From UHGV virus genome UHGV-0044897: DNA of 49,950 nt; one strand, written 5' to 3'. Below the pieces are notes generated by a model. That model saw only the letters and a program-made list of their open reading frames with translations, ran no database searches and was not told the origin of the DNA. Each line of letters opens with the position of its first letter. The first letter of the stretch is position 1. The translations under genes and the position numbers were made by a program. Origin of the DNA: a virus. Positions 8,304 to 17,939 of this stretch are shown here, in pieces.

Positions 8304-9005
8304 TTATTCTCCTTTTTTTGCTTTTTTAGTCCCCATAGGCAGCCCAACAACACTTGCTATTCTGTCCAAGCGTTTTTGTATCGAATTGTCGTCAAGCTTA
8401 TTATGGTTAATTATAGTTATGTTATCAGGGTTCTTAATCAAATTATGTCCCGCCCCCTTCGTTTGCAATCTGTTAATTACCGCTTTAGTATCGGACAAGC
8501 CACTTTCACTCGCAACAAAACCGCCCCCGATAAAACTGCTTTCAATAGACTTGAAAACCGTATCATATTTACTATCGGTTAGAAACTCATCATAAGTATC
8601 CTCATCTATTTCGAGAAAAGCACATAACAACTGTTTGTTGGCGTTGAAAATTACGTATAGATTGATTTGGAACATCAATTCTTCAAACCAATAATTTCCC
8701 TCTAAATATTTTTCCGGGGACAATTCTCGTGCTTCAGCAGGGGTCATCATAAGAGTATGTCGCAAGTAGCTGTCTAAACGATAATAAACTTGTTGCGGTG
8801 TTAGCGTGGGCATTATTTCATTCTTACGTACTCTCTTTTTAGTTTTCTTTTCGTTACCCAGCTCATCCATACTAACGGAATAAATATCATCATCGGCTAA
8901 ACGGCTAAAAACCGTCTTATCTAAAAAAGACAATGCCGCTTGCATTCGTTGTTGATAATTATGTGGCTCTAACGTTTCTGCGTTTACTGTTTTTTTCGTT
9001 GCCAT
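8304..9005 (-). CDS. hypothetical protein, possibly a displaced terminase small subunit
   Basis: HTH-like LLCAFLEIDEDTY and a C-terminal NITIINHN strand; no TerS next to TerL. Confidence 0.4.
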   Translation of the reverse strand: MATKKTVNAETLEPHNYQQRMQAALSFLDKTVFSRLADDDIYSVSMDELGNEKKTKKRVRKNEIMPTLTPQQVYYRLDSYLRHTLMMTPAEARELSPEKYLEGNYWFEELMFQINLYVIFNANKQLLCAFLEIDEDTYDEFLTDSKYDTVFKSIESSFIGGGFVASESGLSDTKAVINRLQTKGAGHNLIKNPDNITIINHNKLDDNSIQKRLDRIASVVGLPMGTKKAKKGE

Positions 9006-9134
9006 TTTAATCTCCTTTTTTCTTTTTAACTCTATCGCATATCCCCTTACACTCTTTATAGGGGCAAGTCAAACATTTATGTACATTCATCTTGTCGGGG
9101 ATCCACTCAAATTCTTCTGATTTTGTCACTGTAG

Positions 9135-9587
9135 TTATTGGTCGCGTGTTATAACGTTGGTGTCTTGCCATAAATCACCTCTTGGTCTATCCATATAATA
9201 ATCTATTTCGCAGTCATAATAGACATTAAACATTTTATCTATTGTATATCCAATGTTTTTTGCTTGTTCTTCTGTACATTTGGGATCTTGTAAAAGCGCG
9301 CGGAACTGCACTAAAACCGCTAATTGCCCCATGCTGTCGCAATATTGCTTAAAAAATCGTTTAGTATATCCGTCGGTTTTGTCGGCTGGGTTAAAACATT
9401 TAACGTCTATTTCAAGCCCGCAGATAGTTTGGTTTATCCATTTTAGTAAAGCAGTATATCTTTTTGCACGTAATACTAAATCTGCTTTAGCTTTGCGCCA
9501 TTCTGCCTTAAACATCTCTGAATTAAGCGTTTCAAATTCGCGTGTTAAATTTTGTGTTATGTTATTCATATTAGAAAATATCATCAA
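9135..9587 (-). CDS. hypothetical protein
   Basis: Overlaps the helicase 3' end. Confidence 0.65.
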   Translation of the reverse strand: MMIFSNMNNITQNLTREFETLNSEMFKAEWRKAKADLVLRAKRYTALLKWINQTICGLEIDVKCFNPADKTDGYTKRFFKQYCDSMGQLAVLVQFRALLQDPKCTEEQAKNIGYTIDKMFNVYYDCEIDYYMDRPRGDLWQDTNVITRDQ

Positions 9588-10587
9588 TTATAGCCGCTTC
9601 TTCGGCAATCTCTTCAAGTGTTTTATTTTTAGGATAAGCAACAAATTGGTCTTCACGCGTCTCCTCGCTTTTGTTTCGACGCTGTTCCAAAAACGTGTTG
9701 GATAATGTGTTGAATTTCATGCCAATGATACCGTTCCGACGCCCTTTCGTTTTTAAGATCTCAATGCAAGCATTGCACTCGTCGGGGTTGTATCCATTTA
9801 ATTCTATGACGTTCCGTAACGCTTTATATTCTTTTGTGTTAGGGTTTATCGTATCCATACGGATAATGGATAATATGTTTTTTGCGATATTTGTCAACGT
9901 ACTTGTTCCTTTACAATCAAATATTTCCGGGCGGCAAATGTTTCGTTCCGTTTTTTTTATATGCGACACTATTACAATATGCACTTTTCTGCTGATTGCA
10001 AATTGTCTTAAAGCAATGCATATATCTTTTAGGGCTTCATTTTCATTAAAATAATTGCCACCTTCAAGATTGAACATATCAACATTATCCAATAAGAAAA
10101 ACCGACAATTTGCCTCTTTATAGGCGGCTTCTAACGCCCCCAACAAGGCATTTTTGTCCGCTTCGATATTGTTGTTATAAATAAACAAGTGGTCGCCGAA
10201 AAACTCTGTCGCTTTTACATATGCTTCATGCTTTATTATAAAATCCCCGGCATTAGTCTTTTTGCTATTAAGCATGTACGGCATATAATCATAATTATTT
10301 TTGTCGTTTCCTAAATACTGTCTGTATAAACGGTCGCGCGCTTCGGCACCACCATCCTCACCGGCAAAAAGGAACGTATTGTATCCTTGAGAAACCGCAT
10401 CGATTATCATCGAAGAAGAAAAACATGTTTTACCGCTATTCGTCGGGGCTATTAACAATGTAATCCGATCCAACTGCAACCCATTAAGGCAATAATTAAG
10501 CTCATTATACCGAAGAATTATTCTGTCGTTTACCGTATTGCTTTCCGGCACCACATTTACGTTATAGTATTTTGCCTTATCTGCCAT
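9571..10587 (-). CDS. DnaB/T7 gp4-like SF4 replicative helicase
   Basis: APTNSGKT Walker A, FAGE, FFLLDN, HIVIVSHIKK, ILKTKGRR. Confidence 0.85.
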   Translation of the reverse strand: MADKAKYYNVNVVPESNTVNDRIILRYNELNYCLNGLQLDRITLLIAPTNSGKTCFSSSMIIDAVSQGYNTFLFAGEDGGAEARDRLYRQYLGNDKNNYDYMPYMLNSKKTNAGDFIIKHEAYVKATEFFGDHLFIYNNNIEADKNALLGALEAAYKEANCRFFLLDNVDMFNLEGGNYFNENEALKDICIALRQFAISRKVHIVIVSHIKKTERNICRPEIFDCKGTSTLTNIAKNILSIIRMDTINPNTKEYKALRNVIELNGYNPDECNACIEILKTKGRRNGIIGMKFNTLSNTFLEQRRNKSEETREDQFVAYPKNKTLEEIAEEAAIIDDIF

Positions 10588-10593
10588 TGTCGG

Positions 10594-10968
10594 TTATACC
10601 TTGTCATTAAAATAAACATGAATTTCGTTGTCGTTAATAATCTCTGCTCGATAGCGCCCTTTACCAGGCAAATCATTCACCCCGCAATATCTTAAAAATG
10701 ACGATAGCACAACAAGATTATGGTTACAACCATTAGTAGTCACAACTTTTACCGCACCTATCTGTTCTGTTGAAGGAATTATAACAAGCTCGTTCTTCTC
10801 TAAATCATATCCTAAACACGCCCAAGTTGCAAATGGCACCTTTTTTCGAATAGCAGTGGGAATATATGCGGCACAACTCTCGCCATAATATTGTATTGAC
10901 ACATATTTACGCCAACCCGAACTTCTGTTTGTTTGCGGACAAAAATCTTTTTCCGTACTCCATTTCAT
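10594..10968 (-). CDS. hypothetical protein
   Basis: AAGGAG RBS. Confidence 0.65.
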   Translation of the reverse strand: MKWSTEKDFCPQTNRSSGWRKYVSIQYYGESCAAYIPTAIRKKVPFATWACLGYDLEKNELVIIPSTEQIGAVKVVTTNGCNHNLVVLSSFLRYCGVNDLPGKGRYRAEIINDNEIHVYFNDKV

Positions 10969-10983
10969 ATATCTTTCTCCTTT

Positions 10984-11355
10984 TTATCTGTCTTCAAATT
11001 CCGCATTCAAAAATGTCGCGAAATGCGGTATAAATTGTTGTTCTGTTTCGTGTTCTTCCCAATACTGCTTGCGAATAAGCACACGCCGGTATATCTCACG
11101 GCTAACCGCTTTTACTTCTTCATCATTAAGATTACGAATTTTCCGCATATACATTTTCTTCGCATTTTGCTTTGCGACCTTACGTGGGTATGTTTGCCAC
11201 AGTTTTTCAAAGCAAGCACCAGCACATTCTGCATAATTCGGGGCTTTTTTGCCTTTTACAACGGTTTTAAGATATTCGACGATTTCTTTTTCCTTTGTTT
11301 GTTTCCGTGTGAATTTGAGCGAATTTAGCCACTCTAAAACGGTTTGCCTGTCCAT
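10984..11355 (-). CDS. replisome-organiser C-terminal-domain protein
   Basis: FEKLWQTYPRKVAKQNAKK...FIPHFATFLN. Confidence 0.75.
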   Translation of the reverse strand: MDRQTVLEWLNSLKFTRKQTKEKEIVEYLKTVVKGKKAPNYAECAGACFEKLWQTYPRKVAKQNAKKMYMRKIRNLNDEEVKAVSREIYRRVLIRKQYWEEHETEQQFIPHFATFLNAEFEDR

Positions 11356-11822
11356 ATGTCATACTCCCATATTTGCAATTCGGTTCGTCCATCCAACTCG
11401 AAAAAATACTTCCATATGTTTAGGACTTTATCCCAGTCGCCGTGAGCAAGTCCACACCCGTATTTTGCGGGTATGCCTACTCGTATACGATAACCTGTCT
11501 TTTCCCACAACTTCCAAGCATAATCACGGACTTGATAAGCACACGCACATAATGCTTCATATTGCGTTTCCTGATTATACTGCGAAAAACAATTTGCTAT
11601 AATCGGAGTATCTTCGTCGATAAAAGAGAACACCACCTTGCCTAACAGTTCTTTTTTGTTGCGGTAAGTTATACACCCGTTTGCGTAATCGTCTTCGGCT
11701 TTCGGGTATTTTTCGGCAATTTGTTTCGCAAGCCCGCCCCCCATAACACCATGTTCATTGACCTGATGGCAAATAATGTGGCAGTCACTTTTTAATAAAT
11801 CACCCTCATGGAAAGTTATCAT
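11334..11822 (-). CDS. macrodomain protein (TARG1/DarG-like)
   Basis: GDLL...IICHQVNEHGVMGGGLAKQI...GIPAKYGCGLAHGDW. Confidence 0.9.
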   Translation of the reverse strand: MITFHEGDLLKSDCHIICHQVNEHGVMGGGLAKQIAEKYPKAEDDYANGCITYRNKKELLGKVVFSFIDEDTPIIANCFSQYNQETQYEALCACAYQVRDYAWKLWEKTGYRIRVGIPAKYGCGLAHGDWDKVLNIWKYFFELDGRTELQIWEYDIWTGKPF

Positions 11823-12076
11823 TTTTTCTTACCTCGCTTTCCTTTGTGTTTATCACACAAACATTGTTTCACGACTTGTTTTTGAGTTATTCGCGCGGGG
11901 ATCGGATGTCCGCACTCTACGCATTCGATAAAGCATATTGTTGACAATCCATCATCTGTAATTCTTGTCGCAGATATGTTTTTTGCGATCTCTCTATCTA
12001 CATATGTAAATACACAACCGCACTTTTTGCAATAATATTGATGTCGTTCAAGTTTTCCTCGTTTTATTATCTCCAT
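11819..12076 (-). CDS. zinc-ribbon hypothetical protein
   Basis: CKKCGC...CVECG. Confidence 0.65.
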   Translation of the reverse strand: MEIIKRGKLERHQYYCKKCGCVFTYVDREIAKNISATRITDDGLSTICFIECVECGHPIPARITQKQVVKQCLCDKHKGKRGKKK

Positions 12077-12080
12077 AGTT

Positions 12081-12248
12081 TTACTTCTCCAAAAACTTTG
12101 GGGGCATTGAGCCTGCTCGATAAATCACAACTTTGATTTTGAGATTGTGTTCGTCGATAAACATTTTAAGGTCGTCAACATCAACGCTTCCGTCTTCAAC
12201 TAACAAGATTTTGTATTCTTGCTTTTTTAACTGCTTTTGTTTTTTCAT
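12081..12248 (-). CDS. small hypothetical protein, copy 2
   Basis: Near-identical to 5217-5390. Confidence 0.75.
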   Translation of the reverse strand: MKKQKQLKKQEYKILLVEDGSVDVDDLKMFIDEHNLKIKVVIYRAGSMPPKFLEK

Positions 12249-12550
12249 TTTTGCTCTCCAAAACATTCTTCCCATTCTTTATTCAGCTTCTCGCAACGCT
12301 CATCTGCCGCCTCTTTCATATCGAATTTTCCATAATAAATAGCTACGCTATTAGGAACGGTGTGAATGACTGAATAATGTCTAACCTCTTTATAACCGCC
12401 ATCCTCGTAAAATATACGTTTTACGTTGTCGCAAATGACTGCATATACGGCATCCCTCTTTTCGATTTTTTGCGTCAGCATTTTGTTCTCAATCTTGTAT
12501 ATTTCCAATAACAGGTTTTCAAAATTTTGCGGTTCCTCACACATTTGCAT
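12245..12550 (-). CDS. hypothetical protein
   Basis: GGAGAGG RBS; ATGA overlap. Confidence 0.65.
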   Translation of the reverse strand: MQMCEEPQNFENLLLEIYKIENKMLTQKIEKRDAVYAVICDNVKRIFYEDGGYKEVRHYSVIHTVPNSVAIYYGKFDMKEAADERCEKLNKEWEECFGEQK

Positions 12551-12560
12551 TGTTCCTCTC

Positions 12561-12974
12561 CTATGCTACATCCGACGTCGGCAACGGAACATACCACTTT
12601 ATTTCCCACCGATACGGATTTGTCGAAGTGTTTTCGGTCTGTTCAATCACGTAACAAACATTGTTTGCAATGCTGAAATAGTGCATTTGGTACGAGTTGG
12701 CACCCGTTTTTATCAAAATCCCGATTTCTTGCTGTCCTTGATAATCGTTTGAATAGGTTGTTTGCACCGAAAAATAGCCCTCTACCGAATATAAAACCTT
12801 GTCCGAATACAGATTGATGAAAGTCATCTTTCGGTAAACGTCAAAATTATTTGCCTGCTTTTGGATATTATCCCGAACTGTCATTGCTTTACTGCAACTC
12901 TTGGTCGCACAAGCAGACAGTCCTAAAAGCATTGCGCACATAACACATAAAATTATTGCTTTGAATTTTTTCAT
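12561..12974 (-). CDS. phage lipoprotein
   Basis: Signal peptide with lipobox LSAC; beta-rich mature part. Confidence 0.8.
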   Translation of the reverse strand: MKKFKAIILCVMCAMLLGLSACATKSCSKAMTVRDNIQKQANNFDVYRKMTFINLYSDKVLYSVEGYFSVQTTYSNDYQGQQEIGILIKTGANSYQMHYFSIANNVCYVIEQTENTSTNPYRWEIKWYVPLPTSDVA

Positions 12975-13537
12975 TTCTCATACTCCTTTAATAGTCCGTC
13001 GATATCGCATTTTCCAACCTCTCCAAAAACCATATATTCGTTGCCTTCTTCGTCCTGTTCAAATGTCGTTTTAGAAGCGCAAATATCTTTCAACTTTTCT
13101 GCAAACTCTTTGACGGTATTTGTTTCTACCGCCTCGCAACCACTGCAATTTACTTTGCCCGCATTAGCGGAGTTTAATTGCTCTTGCAACTGCTTGTTCT
13201 CGGCTTTTAAGCGTTTATTTTCGGCTCTAATTTGGTCATAAGCCTTGCAAAACGCTACTCTGTTATCCACACGTTTCAACACCTCGTTTTCTTTTTGTAA
13301 TCGTTCGATTTCTTTATCTCGTTCAAACAACTCATCTGCTTGTTGCATTTCACAATTATTGCAAACTTCTACGTCCAGATTTGCTTCACTTCCCGAACAA
13401 ATAAACGAACCTTTTGGGACTTTACGATAGCCTGCCTCGAAGAGGGCTTTCGCAGTCTTTTCCGAACCGTTTTTATCACGTCTACCGTGAATAAATGTTG
13501 CCATTTCTGCTATCTGCTGTTCTTTGTTCATAGACAT
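12971..13537 (-). CDS. coiled-coil hypothetical protein
   Basis: AKALFEAGYRKV; heptad repeats. Confidence 0.7.
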   Translation of the reverse strand: MSMNKEQQIAEMATFIHGRRDKNGSEKTAKALFEAGYRKVPKGSFICSGSEANLDVEVCNNCEMQQADELFERDKEIERLQKENEVLKRVDNRVAFCKAYDQIRAENKRLKAENKQLQEQLNSANAGKVNCSGCEAVETNTVKEFAEKLKDICASKTTFEQDEEGNEYMVFGEVGKCDIDGLLKEYEK

Positions 13538-14241
13538 ATCTCCTCAACAAACATATACGACTGCGGCGGGCGGGTTATCGATGCTTCGCAAACTCTATCG
13601 CCTTTGCTTGTAAATTTTGCTCTATCGCAAGAAAAGCAAAGTCCTGCGTAACTACAGGGACGGTTAAACTCATTCAACTTTTTCGGTTTATCATAAATCT
13701 TTAAGTCTGAAATGTGCCAACCATACAAATGCTTTCCTACACCAATATAGTTAAATAATTCTTGTGCTGTTAAACACATTTTTTTAAGGTCATTGTTATT
13801 AAGCATACTGTCTATATAATTATCATTACGTTCAAAGGCTATACCCTCGTGCCAATTATTCACTTTATAAACACCGTTATCAATAAATTGACCATATCCT
13901 AAGTTGTTCTCTTTTTGGTAGGGAACAGAGACACAATAAAACTTGTCAACCTTATCGCAGATAAACTCGCCGATTACTCTACCGTTTAAGCCTTGATACT
14001 CGTCGCCATCCGCCCAAAACTTAAAGCCGTCGCCTATCTCGACTTTACCGTTTGCGAGCCATAATAACTCGTCGCTTGTACTAATCGCCCCGCACTTATA
14101 AAACTTTTTGGGCTTTGTAGCGTAGATATAGCACTTAAACGGAGTTTCTTTCGGGGCTGATTTCCTTACTTCGATTGTTTTTCTGTCACTCGCAATTTTC
14201 TCGCACCATTGCGGTTTGATTGAAAGCATTATACACTTCAT
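13528..14241 (-). CDS. ASCH/PUA-like domain protein
   Basis: MLSIKPQWCEKIASDRKTIEVRK...GRVIGEF...RPPQSY. Confidence 0.85.
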   Translation of the reverse strand: MKCIMLSIKPQWCEKIASDRKTIEVRKSAPKETPFKCYIYATKPKKFYKCGAISTSDELLWLANGKVEIGDGFKFWADGDEYQGLNGRVIGEFICDKVDKFYCVSVPYQKENNLGYGQFIDNGVYKVNNWHEGIAFERNDNYIDSMLNNNDLKKMCLTAQELFNYIGVGKHLYGWHISDLKIYDKPKKLNEFNRPCSYAGLCFSCDRAKFTSKGDRVCEASITRPPQSYMFVEEICL

Positions 14242-14894
14242 AATAATTTCTCCCTATATTTTCTACTTGGCGTAGTAATTGCTTTAACTATTCCCCAACC
14301 GCTATATATTCTACTTAAAACAGTTGTATATTTTATTTTGTAATCATCACACCAATCTATTAAAACCTTTTTTACTCCGTTTATTTCCACAAAAACATTT
14401 TTTCTTGTATTTTTACGCTGTTGTTGCATTGTTGCCCATCTACAATTAGACGGCTTATAATTACCGTTTACATCTATGCGGTCTATTGTTAAATCGTCTG
14501 CATAACCATTTCTCATAGCCCAATCATAGAAAGAATTAAAATTGTTTTTCCATTCATCACAAATTGATATTTTCCTTTCTCCGTAATGCTTAAAGACTTC
14601 TCGATTTTTATTTAAGCACCTTTGTTTCATGTCACACCAAATTGTGTAAAGTCTTGTTCGGCTTTGTCCGTGAGTAGTATATTTAATAGTCTTGTTCCTT
14701 TTAATCAATAATTCTTTTGCCAAACACCCACAAGACTTTATTTCTCCCTTTTGCAAAGAATATAGCCTTACGATTTTTTCAGTTCCACAATCACATATAC
14801 ACTTAACAAGGGTAGACCCGTTTTTTGCTTTCCCTGCATACTCTTGAATAGTTAATCGACCATATTTATCACCGATTTCAAAAACGCTTTTCAT
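14238..14894 (-). CDS. HNH homing-endonuclease-like protein
   Basis: KYGRLT, CICDCG, SCGC, RLYTIWCDMKQRC, LTIDRIDVNGNYKPSNCRWAT. Confidence 0.88.
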   Translation of the reverse strand: MKSVFEIGDKYGRLTIQEYAGKAKNGSTLVKCICDCGTEKIVRLYSLQKGEIKSCGCLAKELLIKRNKTIKYTTHGQSRTRLYTIWCDMKQRCLNKNREVFKHYGERKISICDEWKNNFNSFYDWAMRNGYADDLTIDRIDVNGNYKPSNCRWATMQQQRKNTRKNVFVEINGVKKVLIDWCDDYKIKYTTVLSRIYSGWGIVKAITTPSRKYREKLL

Positions 14895-15475
14895 TCTTCC
14901 TCACCTCTTGCAGGCAACACAACCTGCCAATTGTTTGTTTCGCCACATTTTGCCTTTATAATAAACGGTGACAACTTATCTCCGAATTGCACTTTCACAC
15001 ACTTATTTGTCTTTTGCACCGCTTTTAATGCTTTTATAAGCGACGCGGGCTGAACGTGGATAGTGTATGTGTCGTTTCTATCGGCGTTTCCAATTATCTT
15101 TTCAATGTCCACAAAATTGTCCTTTGGCTGAGTGAAGCAGTATTTTAACCCGCCATACTCAACAAGTACTTTCACATATTCGTCACCGTCTACCACTTCC
15201 ACGATAATATCCTGCGGACGACCTTTGCTCGGCTTAACCGCAATCGGCTTTATAAAGCACTCAAATTCTTCGTCTATCGGGTTTAAGTTCGGGACGGTGA
15301 CTTTTGCCGCCGAATATCCGTCACACGAATACGCTGTGATTTCGTCCTTTTTTACCACGAGTTTTATGTAGGACAGTTCAGGACGATATATCTCTTTGCT
15401 CAAACTGTTCTTAACTCCGTCTATAAGCGTTGCGAACGCCGTGTCTGCAATTGCTACTCTTTTCATTTTAATCAC
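14891..15475 (-). CDS. beta-sliding-clamp-like protein (about two domains)
   Basis: SKEIYRPELSYI...AYSCDGY; C-terminal SPFII...VVLPAR. Confidence 0.7.
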   Translation of the reverse strand: MIKMKRVAIADTAFATLIDGVKNSLSKEIYRPELSYIKLVVKKDEITAYSCDGYSAAKVTVPNLNPIDEEFECFIKPIAVKPSKGRPQDIIVEVVDGDEYVKVLVEYGGLKYCFTQPKDNFVDIEKIIGNADRNDTYTIHVQPASLIKALKAVQKTNKCVKVQFGDKLSPFIIKAKCGETNNWQVVLPARGEEE

Positions 15476-15476
15476 C

Positions 15477-16481
15477 TCAATATTTAATAAAATCTTTGCC
15501 GTAAAGGCGGTTTAACGTGTCCCATACGTGCGCTATTCCTAAGCCCTTGCTGTTCGGTCGCCATATGCCGTTTACATACTCGCCACCGTCCATACAGTAT
15601 TTGTAATGCTTTGGATGTGTTTGTTTTAATCGCACAAAACGGCTCTCTTCTTCCAAATGCGCACCGAACGCGCAGAACATACAACCTGTGCGTTGACAGC
15701 CCGTTGTGCAGAGATTTCCTCCGCATATGCTGTTTTCATAAAGCATACCGTCATCGCCTTTATACACAATGTCGCCGTAAACACTTGCTATTGGGATGTT
15801 GCGACTTTTTAAGAATTGCAAAACGTCTTGATTTGTCCAAAACGACATCGGGTTTGACTTATTTTTCTTAAAAGCGTTACAACCTGTTTTCAGCCACGCC
15901 GACAACCGCATACGACTTTCTTCTGCCATCACAGCCGTTATTGTCGCTTTGTGAAGTTGATATACGGACTGCTCTTTCATAATTCCGCAACACCTACCAC
16001 TGATATTAAAATCAACGTCAAGCAACGGTTTGTACTTCGGAACGTTGTACATAGACAGTTCACCGTTCTTATCCCGCCACGTTCCATTCAAGCGTTCAAT
16101 TCTGCTTTGGTTCCCTCTTTTTGCCCAGTAAACGCAGTCTGCCACTTCTTTACCGATAACGGGATAACCGTATGTTTTGATAACCTCGTCAAACCTCATT
16201 TTCGGTCGAACAAACTCAATGTCGCCTAATGTCTTTACGAATTGCCGTATTTCGGGATATTCAAGTCCGGTGTCGCAAAACACGCCTTTTGCTTCGGGAT
16301 ATATTTCTTTGACGATATACCATAGCACCGTACTGTCTTTACCGCCACTCGTGGAAACTCTGCAATAATCAATGCCGCCATAATAATCAACGAACTCTTT
16401 TATGCGATTTTTAGTTTTGAGAATTTTTAAGTCAAGCGGTAACGCCTGTAATTCCCTCAAATCTTCTTTGGTTCGCGTCAT
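15477..16481 (-). CDS. PAPS-reductase-family protein
   Basis: SGGKDSTVL, DTGLEYPE, CCGIMKE, RTGCMFC. Confidence 0.9.
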   Translation of the reverse strand: MTRTKEDLRELQALPLDLKILKTKNRIKEFVDYYGGIDYCRVSTSGGKDSTVLWYIVKEIYPEAKGVFCDTGLEYPEIRQFVKTLGDIEFVRPKMRFDEVIKTYGYPVIGKEVADCVYWAKRGNQSRIERLNGTWRDKNGELSMYNVPKYKPLLDVDFNISGRCCGIMKEQSVYQLHKATITAVMAEESRMRLSAWLKTGCNAFKKNKSNPMSFWTNQDVLQFLKSRNIPIASVYGDIVYKGDDGMLYENSICGGNLCTTGCQRTGCMFCAFGAHLEEESRFVRLKQTHPKHYKYCMDGGEYVNGIWRPNSKGLGIAHVWDTLNRLYGKDFIKY

Positions 16482-17745
16482 CCCAACACCTCTCGTATTT
16501 TTGTTTCCCAATCATCGTTTCGGACTTGAAATGCGTCGCCCATTTCGATAATATCAGGATAATTCGACATTGCGATTTTTATCGGATATTTATCAATTTC
16601 GTAGGCAATATATTTAACATTCGTAAAACCCATTTTTTCAAGGCAATAACGCCCGGTCGCAATGCCGTCGTACATTGATAACACAACAAGTTCCTCGTCT
16701 TTCGGCACATTTTTTAACGCATTTGATAGAATATGTATAATAACTTCTGCCGTCCACCCATTTCCGAGGGCTTTGTATGCTTGACTGTTTGAAACCGCTT
16801 TACAGTAGTTGTCGGGCATTGTTTGCAACCTTGCACATTCTGCTACCGAAAGTTTGCGGATAATATAATAACCGTCGCGCAAATTAACTTTGTATTTCTT
16901 GTCTTTAATCGTGATAAAACCGCCTTTTACTTCATACACCTTTTTGTGATATGCTTCCCGCTTACATGGGACAAAAACTTTTTCTTGAAAGGCGTTCGCC
17001 GCCGTTAATGTCCTCATTTTTGAAAACGGATATGAAACGCTATATCCCTGCGCCGTCACACCATAAGTAGATTGACAACGCAAACCGCTTGCGGTAGGTA
17101 TGATTTTTGTCCCGGGACAAGGTTTATAATCAACAACTAAATCGCCATAGGGTTCTAAAATTAGGTTATTTTCTACATAACTCCCGTTTGCCGTCAACGT
17201 CGGGGCTTTTTTTTGCTTAATGCCACCTGCGTTATATCCGTGTCCTCGCTGGAATATAACCCTTTCGGCTACCATTTCGTGACGATTTTTACTCAAAGTA
17301 TCTTCGGGAATAGCACCATTGCAACGTGTCGTTAAACAGTAACTTTTTTTATTGCAACTCAAACTTTCTCCGCTTTCTAAAATATCCGAAAGAAAAATGT
17401 TCCTATCAACAGGCAATTGAACTTCACCGCAATTATGCACATAAAAGCGTTGTCTGTTCTCGCCGAAACTAATGCCGAATTTATCTCGATGTATCTTGAA
17501 CCGCTGTCGTCCATAAACATTGTGCCGTCCCATACGCGCAACTCTTCTTTTATTTGGTCTTTTATCGCTTTTGCCGCAGAAACATTGTTTTCGTAAAGGA
17601 AATAATCGGGTTTGAATTTTTCTTTCGCTATAAGATAATTTTTGAATAATTCCCAGCCTATTCCACTTGCTTCCGTTTCTCGGTTATTCTTCTGCGCTAT
17701 GCTCCAATATGTACAAGGCGAACCCCCGATTAAAAGCTTAATCAT
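16478..17745 (-). pseudogene. circularly permuted C5-cytosine DNA methyltransferase with a 1-nt frameshift near 17460
   Basis: N-terminal GGSPC (IV), ENN (VI), SA[Q]NRQR (VIII) across the frameshift; RLQT and ALGNGW (IX/X); motif I VLSMYDG and YEID at the C-terminus. Confidence 0.85.
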
Positions 17746-17933
17746 ACTCTCATTGCCTCCCACACAGCCTCTTCGTCCGAGCAAATCACGAACACGTCGC
17801 CGTCCTTTTGTTGGTATTTCTGATAATACCAACGCTTAACAAGCCGCATATCCGCTATTGCTCGAACAGACAAAACCGTTCTCACTTTATCGCCGTTTTT
17901 TACGACGACCTTGTATATGTATCGCTTACTCAA
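17742..17933 (-). CDS. hypothetical protein
   Basis: ATGA overlap with the MTase. Confidence 0.55.
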   Translation of the reverse strand: MSKRYIYKVVVKNGDKVRTVLSVRAIADMRLVKRWYYQKYQQKDGDVFVICSDEEAVWEAMRV

Positions 17934-17939
17934 ACTATT

